Below, piece by piece: positions 9,331 to 17,442 of a stretch of 64,000 nucleotides of DNA. Both the position numbers and the translations under genes were made by a program. Numbering within the stretch: the stretch's first letter is position 1; each line of letters starts with the position of its first letter. The notes below the pieces were generated by a model, which worked only from the letters and a program-made list of their open reading frames with translations, searched no databases and was not told the origin of the DNA. The stretch comes from Alphaproteobacteria bacterium (GTDB lineage: Bacteria; Pseudomonadota; Alphaproteobacteria; MPNO01; UBA830), in contig OZ244055.1 in the NCBI GenBank assembly GCA_965214975.1, forward strand, positions 1,430,994 to 1,494,993. The letters run 5' to 3'.

Positions 9331-9911
9331 GACTCAGCTTCCTGCGCCAATCGCTCAGGGCTCCAAATCTGCCCGGCGAGCTGCTGGTACAGGTTCTGGC
9401 GTGCGTTCAGGTCATCCTTATGGAACTGGGAATGTGCCTTGAAGGGCAGCGCACTCCTACGCACGAACTGATCGAAGCCGGGATCACGCTTATAGGCGTC
9501 CTCATGGAGGCTCTGAGCCAGCAGGTTCTGTTTGAGATAATGCTTGCGTTTGTCAACGTAGGGGATGGCGCCATAACTGGCATTGAAGCTCTTGGGCACA
9601 AGCAGCAGACCCCCGATTCGGTTGCGGTATTCGGAAAAGTCCGCGGAATGCGAAAAATCTTCGGTGTGACGCTCAGGGTGATCGGCCCAAATGTGTTCGA
9701 TCTCGAATCTCTTCTTTCCGTGCCGCTGTACGTACTCGTGATAACGCGAGGCACGTCCTGAACGCGTCTCAACATAGTCCGTCATCCGAGCAAGCAGGCG
9801 GTGGACTTGCCGTCTATTGGTGCCGTGTAGCTGGAATCGATCGTTTGTGATGAAGGTTTCGCTTTCTGCCGCAAGGCGCTCTCCGAGCATCTCAACAAGG
9901 GGCCGGCGCAT
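9327..9911 (-). CDS. DUF1524 (GmrD-like His-Me finger nuclease) protein; ATG 9911 (alternative GTG 9977)
   Basis: KKRFEIEHIWADHPERH ... NRIGGLLLVPKSFNASYG is the DUF1524 signature. The N-terminus overlaps the 3' end of the DUF262 gene in another frame. Confidence 0.6.
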   Translation of the reverse strand: MRRPLVEMLGERLAAESETFITNDRFQLHGTNRRQVHRLLARMTDYVETRSGRASRYHEYVQRHGKKRFEIEHIWADHPERHTEDFSHSADFSEYRNRIGGLLLVPKSFNASYGAIPYVDKRKHYLKQNLLAQSLHEDAYKRDPGFDQFVRRSALPFKAHSQFHKDDLNARQNLYQQLAGQIWSPERLAQEAES

Positions 9912-11178
9912 CTTTGCCCCGAATATCGCGCATGACCAGAAACATGGCGTACTGCATGGTCGAGTAGCCGATAGCACGGAAATTCCAAATTCGTCGCGTA
10001 ATCAAGATGTCGAGATACGCTGCTACAATACGCAGCTTTCGCAGAAGATCCCGCTCACCGTCGTCGCGTCGCAAGGGTGCCAGGAGAACAGGGTATTGCA
10101 ATGTAAAGTTATTCTGGGCGCAATAATGGATCGCCTCTAAACCATCCGTTAGAGTCTCTGCTGCTTGACGTAGACGTGAATACCAATGGCCATAGAAGCA
10201 AAAGTCCTCTTCAATGAAGCGGGCGAAGTCGTTCCCCGATGACAGTCCAAGTGGTTCTTGGTTGTCGCGGACCCAGCGATGAAATTCGGTGCCTATGAGG
10301 TCGAAATCTCGCGGTTTGCCACCTCGCTTTCGCTCGCGGATGCTTTTCGCGTGCTGGCTGCGTAGCCACCCCTTGATGGCGTCAGCGATGGCGTCAGTTT
10401 CCTCCTCCTTCCCAAGATCTTGCAGACTGCTCACGTGCTTGCGCCAAAGTCGATTTGCCTTATTGCGACGCTCGCCATCGTCAATATGCGCCAAGAGATA
10501 TCCCTTGAGCATGTCGGCGGGCGTAAGCGAGAGTCCTCGGTCGTTCATAGTCTCAAAGATGGTGTAGGCGTCCGCGTCCGAATAGGCGGTGATTTCGACC
10601 AGGTAGACATTCTCGATTAGCCAATCCGAGAAATAGGGAAGAGCATCATTGACAAGATCTTCGGGAAAGTGCTCCTCAACATCCTCGAACCGCCGGAAAA
10701 TGTTGGTGACCGACTCGGACTGTCCTGCTGCTTCTATATCTGTCATATCCGCTTTGAACAGCGCGTCCATGCACACTGACCGCTCGTCGACATCAATGTT
10801 GAAAGAGCGCTGACCGAATCTTTGCGAGTAAATCAGGTCAGAAAGTTGGTGCCTCTCTTGATCATCATCGATTTGTCGATATATATAAATAAGAAGGAGT
10901 GTGAGGGTTGTTAGTCTCTGCTGGCCATCAATTATGAATTTTTGCCCCTCTTTATCGCTGATGATGATGGACCCCAAGAAGTAATGGCCGTAATCCTGAA
11001 CGCCCTTGCGGGAATCGCCAGGTTTGTAGCTATCCCGAAATTTTTCCGTGAGATCACCTATCAGCTCTGCAACTTGCTTGGTCTGCCAGCGGTATTCGCG
11101 TTGATAGTAGTCGATGGCGTATTTGGCACCGCCGAGCAGTGAACGCAGGTTCTTTGTATCGCCACGAATCTCTTTCAC
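9892..11178 (-). CDS. DUF262 (GmrS-like, ParB-nuclease-fold) protein, ~428 aa, GTG start with AGGGGAAG SD
   Basis: Hallmark IIDGQQRLTTL motif. N-terminal YAIDYYQREYRWQ (DUF262 opening). GTG 11178 is preceded at 8 nt by AGGGGAAG. Low-GC codon usage. Confidence 0.7.
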   Translation of the reverse strand: MKEIRGDTKNLRSLLGGAKYAIDYYQREYRWQTKQVAELIGDLTEKFRDSYKPGDSRKGVQDYGHYFLGSIIISDKEGQKFIIDGQQRLTTLTLLLIYIYRQIDDDQERHQLSDLIYSQRFGQRSFNIDVDERSVCMDALFKADMTDIEAAGQSESVTNIFRRFEDVEEHFPEDLVNDALPYFSDWLIENVYLVEITAYSDADAYTIFETMNDRGLSLTPADMLKGYLLAHIDDGERRNKANRLWRKHVSSLQDLGKEEETDAIADAIKGWLRSQHAKSIRERKRGGKPRDFDLIGTEFHRWVRDNQEPLGLSSGNDFARFIEEDFCFYGHWYSRLRQAAETLTDGLEAIHYCAQNNFTLQYPVLLAPLRRDDGERDLLRKLRIVAAYLDILITRRIWNFRAIGYSTMQYAMFLVMRDIRGKDAPAPC

Positions 11179-11428
11179 GGTCTGCTTCCCCTGTGATGTC
11201 GCCGAGCAACCCCTCGGTCTTCTTCTCAAGCGCCAGGATGTCGGCGCGAATCTCCTCCAGCGTCCGTATGGGCTGGAGCTCGTTGAAGTAGCGGTTGAGG
11301 AAGCCTCTCCCGTCGGTAAGCCGCGCGCAGAGCGTGGCCGGAACAGTCGATCAGCCCGTCCGTGGTCAAGACGCGCGTGCAGACCGTGTTCTCGATCCGC
11401 AACCTGCCTTCCGTCGCGCCGTCTCCGG

Positions 11429-11962
11429 TCACGGCTTCCTCGCGACCACGTGAAAGATGTGCCAGTGCTTCGGCTCGGCCCGCAGCGTCAGGCTGTCCTC
11501 CTCCTCTTCGTCGAAGAGCTCGACGTCCAGCCCCTCGAGCAGACGCTCGGCTTCGGACCGCGAGAGACTGGTGATGCCGCGCCTCTCGGCCCAGCTGTCC
11601 CGCTCCCCGTAGAGCTGCCCCGAGAAACGGCCGCCCGGGCGCAGCGCCGCGACGACCTTCCGCCAGACCCCGCCGAAGGCCGACGGCGGACAGAGCGGCA
11701 GCGAAAAGCTCGCGTTCACCAGATCGCAGGGCGGCAACGTGATGTCCTCGTGGCGGCTGACCTGCGTCGTGAGCGCCACTCCGTCGGGCAGATCGTCCCG
11801 GATCCGCAGCGCTTCTATGGCCTCCTCGAACGCGTCGGCCGCAAGGGTCGGCCAGCCCCTGCGCAGGATCTCGATCGTGTCGCGCCCCGCCCCGCAACCG
11901 AGATCGACCGCGAGGGCGGGGTCGGGACGCCCTTCCGTGTCGAAGGCGTCGAGAGCGCGCAT
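11429..11962 (-). CDS. Class I SAM-dependent methyltransferase (177 aa)
   Basis: Motif I VDLGCGAGRDT near the N-terminus, acidic motif II (DAFEEA) and a motif-IV-like LRPGG. Confidence 0.6.
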   Translation of the reverse strand: MRALDAFDTEGRPDPALAVDLGCGAGRDTIEILRRGWPTLAADAFEEAIEALRIRDDLPDGVALTTQVSRHEDITLPPCDLVNASFSLPLCPPSAFGGVWRKVVAALRPGGRFSGQLYGERDSWAERRGITSLSRSEAERLLEGLDVELFDEEEEDSLTLRAEPKHWHIFHVVARKP

Positions 11963-12026
11963 CAGCGTCGCACGAGGCGGGAGGCCCCGGGTTTTCGCGA
12001 AATACGCGACCCAGGCCTTTCCGCGC

Positions 12027-12839
12027 TCAGAGGAAATTCTGCCCCCCGTCCACGATCATGCCCTGTCCGGTGATGTAGGCGGCCTCGTCGGAGCACAGGA
12101 ACAGCATCGCCTTGGCGAGATCGTGAATCGTCCCCTGCCGAGGCATGCACTGCGTCTCGGTCATCTTCGCGAACATCTCGCGCGGGACCGACGGCCGCTC
12201 GATCTCGGTCTGCATGACGCCCGGCCAGAACGTGTTCACCGTGATGCCGTGGGGTCCGAGCTCGCGCGCCATGGAGCGCGTCATGCCGATCATCGCCGAC
12301 TTGGTGGTGATGTAGTGCAGATAGTTCACGCGGCCCAGCATCGTCGTCCCCGAGGAGATGTTGACGATCCGGCCCCACTTCGCCTCGATCATGTGGCGGA
12401 CCACGGCCCGCGAGCACCAGAAGGCGCCGTTGACGTTGACGTCGACGGCCCGCAGCCACTCGTCTCCGGGGAGCTCCCAGAACGGGGCCATCGTGATCCT
12501 GGAAAAGACCGCCGCGTTGTTGATCAGGACGTCGATCCGGCCGAACTCGGACATGGTCGCCGCCGCCATCCCCTTCGCCGATGACTCGACGGCGACGTCA
12601 ACCTCCAGGGGAAGAGCCCGTCCGCCCTTGGCCTCGATCTCCTTCGCGACCCGGCCCGCGTTCCCGCCGTCGATGTCCGCGACGACCGGTATCGCCCCCT
12701 GCGCCGCGAAATAATGCGCGTAGCCTCTGCCGATGCCCTGTCCGCCGCCCGTGACGATCACGACGCGATCCCGCAGGCTCTCGTAGACCACGTTCTTGTC
12801 GACCTCGATTTCCGAGTAGTCTATGTTGCCGATGTCCAT
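12027..12839 (-). CDS. Short-chain dehydrogenase/reductase (SDR) family oxidoreductase
   Basis: TGGGQGIG cofactor motif, NNAA, and catalytic S...YxxxK (YITTKSAMIGMT). Start taken at MDIG (ATG 12839); ATG 12866 is an alternative. Confidence 0.75.
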   Translation of the reverse strand: MDIGNIDYSEIEVDKNVVYESLRDRVVIVTGGGQGIGRGYAHYFAAQGAIPVVADIDGGNAGRVAKEIEAKGGRALPLEVDVAVESSAKGMAAATMSEFGRIDVLINNAAVFSRITMAPFWELPGDEWLRAVDVNVNGAFWCSRAVVRHMIEAKWGRIVNISSGTTMLGRVNYLHYITTKSAMIGMTRSMARELGPHGITVNTFWPGVMQTEIERPSVPREMFAKMTETQCMPRQGTIHDLAKAMLFLCSDEAAYITGQGMIVDGGQNFL

Positions 12840-13580
12840 CAACGGATCTCTCCCCGGTTGCACCACGATTCGTCTTCCAGTCTAGACGTCCGCAGGGCGA
12901 TCCGAAAGCGGGAACCGGGCGCGCCGGCGGTCGACGGCGCCGGGAAGGCTCTCGAGGCCGTCGTCGGCGAGCCCCTCGCGCGACGCGACGCCACCGTCTC
13001 CGCGAGGCGGTCCCCGCGAGTCCCGAAGGTGCCGGAAGCCGTCGCGACGGGGTGCGCGACCCCGGGCGGCGGAAGAGCGCCCGCGTGCTGCCGATGCCGG
13101 GGATCGGGAAGAAACGCCAACCCCGCCGTTTCCTCTCCGGCGACATGACGGCGCGACGCGCCGGACGGCACGTGCCGGCCCGCATCCCGCGTTCCCGGAG
13201 CGGCTCGGGCGCATCCCTGCCGGCGCCTCTCGGCAGCGTCGACAGCAACCCCTCGCAACGCGCCCCGTCCGCAGGCTCGGCGCCAGCCCGAGCCCCGGAT
13301 TCTCCGGGGTTCCGCGTCCGCGAAGCGGCCGGACCGGGAACCCTCGGCGGCGGTCACCGGGAACGGCGGGCCGGCAGGCTTCCGCATCGAAACGCCGACT
13401 CCCGTCGGGGAGCCGCAGGCAGCACGCGAATCGCGGAAGGCGCTTCCGCGAAAGCGTCCTGCAGGGAACGCGGGCGTTCCGCCAGCCGATGGCGGACGGG
13501 CCCGGACGGGGGAGCGCGGCCGCCCGTCCGCGGAGCGCCGGAACTCCCTCGGCGGCTCCGGAAGCCGTCCCGGCGCCGCG

Positions 13581-14798
13581 TCAGACGGTTTCCTCGGAAC
13601 GAAGCCGGGCGAGTTCGCGTTCATCGAGGCCGAGCCATTCGCGCAGCACGCCGTCGGTGTCTTCCCCGAGCCTCGGCGGCGCCAGCCTGTAGTCCACCGG
13701 GGTCTCCGAGAACCGCATCGGGCTTCCGATCAGCGCGACCTCTCCCGCGAGTTCGTGGGGCATGCGGACGACCATTTCCCGCGCCTTGACGTGGGGGTTG
13801 TCGAACACCGCCCGGAGGTCGTTGATGGGGCCGCAGCCGATCTTGCGTTCCTCGAGTCCCTCGAGCCACTCCGCCGAGGGTCTGGACGCCAGGATCTCCC
13901 GCAGCACCGGCAGCAGCCTGTCGCGGTTGCGCACCCTCGCGTCGTTGGCGGCGTAGTCCGGATCGTCGGCAAGGTCCGGCCGCCCCGCAAGCTCGCAGAA
14001 CTTGCGGAACTGCCCGTCGTTTCCGATCGCCACGATGATGTGTCCGTCGGCCGTCGGGAAAGGCTGGTAGGGGACGATGTTGGGGTGCGCGTTGCCGAGC
14101 CGGCCGAGCGACCCGCCGTGCAGGTAGTTCATGCCCGCGTTGGCCAGCATGGCGACCGTGGTGTCCATCATGCCGATGTCGATGTGCTGCCCGTTGCCGT
14201 CGGTCGCAGCGTGGCGCAAGGCCGCGCAGACGGCGACGGCGGCGTACATGCCGGCCATCAGGTCGGCGATCGGCACCCCCACCTTCTGGGGTTCGCCGTC
14301 GGCCTCGCCGGTGATCGACATCAGGCCGCCCATCCCCTGCAGCAGAAAGTCGTAGCCCGGGCGCTTCGCGTAGGGCCCGGTCTGGCCGAAACCGGTCACG
14401 GAACAGTAGACGAGCCGCGGATTCAGGTCTTTCAGGTCGTCGTAGCCCAGGCCGTAGCGGGCGAGATCGCCGGTCTTGAAGTTCTCGACGAGACAGTCCG
14501 CCTCGGCGGCGAGCCGGCGCGCGAGTCCGGAGCCGCCGGGCCTGGAGATGTCCAGGGCGACGGACCTCTTGTTGCGGTTGGCCCCCATGAAATACGCGCT
14601 CTCGCCCGTCTCCCCGCCCTCGCCGTCACGGACGAACGGCGGCGCGAACTTCCGCGTGTCGTCGCCCGAGCCCGGACGCTCGATCTTGACGACATCCGCG
14701 CCCAGATCGCCGAGAATCTGCGTGCAGGCCGGCCCCGCAAGGACGCGGGTCAGGTCGAGAACCCTGACGCCCCGCAGCGGACCGGACGCCCCGGTCAC
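13581..14798 (-). CDS. CoA-transferase family III (CaiB/BaiF) protein, 405 aa, GTG start
   Basis: GPLRGVRVLDLTRVLAGP N-terminus and conserved GADVVKIE, NRNKRS, CSVTGFGQTGP blocks. GTG 14798 with GGAGGAG SD overlaps the upstream gene's stop. Confidence 0.8.
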   Translation of the reverse strand: MTGASGPLRGVRVLDLTRVLAGPACTQILGDLGADVVKIERPGSGDDTRKFAPPFVRDGEGGETGESAYFMGANRNKRSVALDISRPGGSGLARRLAAEADCLVENFKTGDLARYGLGYDDLKDLNPRLVYCSVTGFGQTGPYAKRPGYDFLLQGMGGLMSITGEADGEPQKVGVPIADLMAGMYAAVAVCAALRHAATDGNGQHIDIGMMDTTVAMLANAGMNYLHGGSLGRLGNAHPNIVPYQPFPTADGHIIVAIGNDGQFRKFCELAGRPDLADDPDYAANDARVRNRDRLLPVLREILASRPSAEWLEGLEERKIGCGPINDLRAVFDNPHVKAREMVVRMPHELAGEVALIGSPMRFSETPVDYRLAPPRLGEDTDGVLREWLGLDERELARLRSEETV

Positions 14799-16366
14799 GA
14801 CGCCTCTCCTCCTTCGGCGAGCGTCGCGTCGACGCCGAGTCCGGGAAAGTGCTCCGCCCTGAACGAGGACCAGGCGACCGGATCCTCGCTCGAACCGTCG
14901 TCGAGCTCGAGGTCGAACACCACCTCCCCCGGCCGCCCCGGCGTGACCTCCACCCACCGCGCCCGGCAATGGGATTCGAAGGGGGTCGTCGACGGCTCTC
15001 CGTCCGCGCTGCAGAGACCGCCGTAGGTGACGAAGGTGTTGCCCGTTCCGGGCAGCCTGAACGCTCCGCCCTGGAAGCACGCGAACTCCGCGTCGTCCGC
15101 GGAACGGGTTTCCCAGACCTGTCGAACCGTTCCCGCGTCCTCGTCCACGGCGAATTCCACGGCCCGGCTGTAGCTTTCGGGCCCGGACATCCTCTCGTCG
15201 AACGGACTGGCGCGATGGTTGCCGTTGTCGAAGCACAGGAAGGTGCCGCCGCCGGTGACGGAGCAGTCGTGCTGGTGGTACTGCCACTCCGTTCCGGACG
15301 CGGGCGCGAGCAGACGCCCCTTCCACGGATCCCGCCAGTTCGCATGCGTCCCCAGGATCCATTTCAGGCGGCCCGAGGAGCGGTCGACCTTGACCAGGCA
15401 GTCCTGGTGGCGAACCGACACCACCAGACTGTCGTCCCTGCCGTCATGCGCAAGGCCGTTGACGTGGGTCCAGTCGCAGGTGTCCGCGTACCCCCGCCGC
15501 ACCCAGTAGTCGCTCAGGCTGTCGTAGCCGACACGCAGCGGATCCAGGATGTCGAGAAGCGGATGGCGGTTCACCACGGCGCCGTCGCGGGCGAACTCGA
15601 CGATCACGTCGCCGACGACCCGGGAGGTGGCCGTTCCGGCTTCCGGGTCGACGTCCGATGCCGGAAAGCCGTCGATGTCGCGGATCTCCATGCCGCAGAC
15701 GACGAGATTGCCGGAAGGGAGTTCCACGACCCCGTGATGGAACATCTCGGTGTCCACCTCGACCGAGTCTTCCGGAAGCCCCCTGCCCTTCCAGCGTCCG
15801 GCCGCATGCCAGTCGCCGACGACGGTTCCCAGAAGATCGATCTCCCGCAGCCGCCCGTCGGTCATGAACAGAACGTTGCCGTTGGCGAGCCGGCGGATGT
15901 CGCCGACCGCTTCGTCCACCCTGCAGGACCAGACGATCTCGCCGAAACGGTCGACGGCAACCATCAGCCCGAAACCCTCCCGATCCTCCGACCCCGGGGC
16001 ATGCCGGACGTTGAACATCATCGCGCCCGGCTCCCGTCTTTCCGGAACGCACGACCGGAGTCTGAACGGCGGAAAGTCGTCCGGCATCGGCGGGGTGGCG
16101 AAGGTCAGGGGGCGGCCGGCGATTCGCGTGCCGCCATCGGCGGTCTCCGCCCGCACCGCGATCTCGTGGACCGCCCCGAAGCGAAGACCGAGCAGCGGAA
16201 TCCGGTGAGCGGCGGCCGGCCCGGCCTCGAAACGCCTCGCGTGCCGGCCGTCCGCGACCTCGACGATCGCCCGCGACGGCATGTCGGTGGAGAATTCCAC
16301 GACGGCCGCCAGCGGCACGTTCTCGTTGGGGCCGGGAACCACTGCCGGAGTCGTCTCGAACCTCAT
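14795..16366 (-). CDS. Arylsulfate sulfotransferase (ASST) family beta-propeller protein, ~523 aa
   Basis: Length plus repeated HHG/HD..W..G propeller segments (WQYHQHDCSV, THVNGLAHD, FHHGVVELPSGN) typical of ASST. ATG 16366 with GGGAGGGGAG SD; the stop overlaps the CoA-transferase start. Confidence 0.55.
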   Translation of the reverse strand: MRFETTPAVVPGPNENVPLAAVVEFSTDMPSRAIVEVADGRHARRFEAGPAAAHRIPLLGLRFGAVHEIAVRAETADGGTRIAGRPLTFATPPMPDDFPPFRLRSCVPERREPGAMMFNVRHAPGSEDREGFGLMVAVDRFGEIVWSCRVDEAVGDIRRLANGNVLFMTDGRLREIDLLGTVVGDWHAAGRWKGRGLPEDSVEVDTEMFHHGVVELPSGNLVVCGMEIRDIDGFPASDVDPEAGTATSRVVGDVIVEFARDGAVVNRHPLLDILDPLRVGYDSLSDYWVRRGYADTCDWTHVNGLAHDGRDDSLVVSVRHQDCLVKVDRSSGRLKWILGTHANWRDPWKGRLLAPASGTEWQYHQHDCSVTGGGTFLCFDNGNHRASPFDERMSGPESYSRAVEFAVDEDAGTVRQVWETRSADDAEFACFQGGAFRLPGTGNTFVTYGGLCSADGEPSTTPFESHCRARWVEVTPGRPGEVVFDLELDDGSSEDPVAWSSFRAEHFPGLGVDATLAEGGEAS

Positions 16367-16569
16367 CGCTCCCCTCCCGGCCCGCCATGGACAACCGGAC
16401 CGGTGTATAGCACTTTCGCGGCCCGTCGGCTTTTTCCCGCGGACTCTTCCGGCTACGGTGCGGGCCGGTTCGGGCTGCGGACTCCCTGGCCCGCAGGCAC
16501 TTCCGTTCCCCGCCCGCGCGGAACCTTCCGCTTCGCGACCGTCGCGCGCCACTACCGCCGGGATCCCGG

Positions 16570-17367
16570 ATGATCGAGATTCTGTCCATAACGCCCGAGG
16601 TCGACGGCTGGACCTTCATCGGGTTCACGGTCCTGAGCGCGTTCACCTCCGCGTTCGGCGTGGTCGCCGGGCTTGGCGGCGGAGTTCTCATGATCGGCGT
16701 GATGGCGACCGTGCTCCCGGCCGCCGCCCTCATCCCGATCCACGGCGCCGTCCAGGCCGGCACCAATCTCACGCGCATCGCCATCATGCGCAGGCTCGTG
16801 CGGACCCATGCCATCCTGCCCTTCGTCGCCGGTGCCGTCATCGGCGGTTCGGCGGGCGGAAGCATCGTGGTCTCCCTGCCCCCGGCCGTGCTCCAGCTCG
16901 TGCTCGGCGCGTTTCTCGTCTACGTGGCCTGGTTCCCGGCGATGACGGCGGGGGCCCCGACCTCCCGGCGGTTCTTCGTTCTCGGCGCGGCCGGGGGCCT
17001 GATCTCCATGTTCGTCGGCGCCACCGGCACCCTGCTCGCGCCCTGGGTACGGGGCGTGAGTCCGGACCGGCGCATCTTCGTCGCTACCCACGCCGCCATC
17101 ATGCTGTTCATCCACGTTCTCAAGATCGTTGTTTTCAGCATTCTCGGATTTGCGTTTTTCGAGTACATCCCCTTGCTCGCCGCGATGATCGCCATGAGTT
17201 TCGCCGGCAACTGGGTCGGCGTGAATCTCCTCGACCGCATGCCCGAGCACGTGTTCCGCCGCGTGTTCCAGGTCGTGCTCACCCTGCTCGCGCTGCGGTT
17301 GCTGTGGAGCGCCGGCGAGGGGTTCGGCCTGGAAATCTGGCAGCTCCCCGCACTGTCCGGCGATTGA
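16570..17367 (+). CDS. TauE/SafE (DUF81) family sulfite/anion exporter membrane protein
   Basis: Eight predicted hydrophobic helices arranged as two 4-TM repeats with glycine-rich segments (GLGGGVLMIGV, LGAAGGLISMFVGATG) characteristic of TauE/SafE. Confidence 0.7.
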   Translation: MIEILSITPEVDGWTFIGFTVLSAFTSAFGVVAGLGGGVLMIGVMATVLPAAALIPIHGAVQAGTNLTRIAIMRRLVRTHAILPFVAGAVIGGSAGGSIVVSLPPAVLQLVLGAFLVYVAWFPAMTAGAPTSRRFFVLGAAGGLISMFVGATGTLLAPWVRGVSPDRRIFVATHAAIMLFIHVLKIVVFSILGFAFFEYIPLLAAMIAMSFAGNWVGVNLLDRMPEHVFRRVFQVVLTLLALRLLWSAGEGFGLEIWQLPALSGD

Positions 17368-17442
17368 CGCGCCGATGGCCCCCTCGCTATTGTGCGGCAC
17401 GTCCCGCATGCGGACGAAACAGGCAGGATGGCGCGTTCCCGC

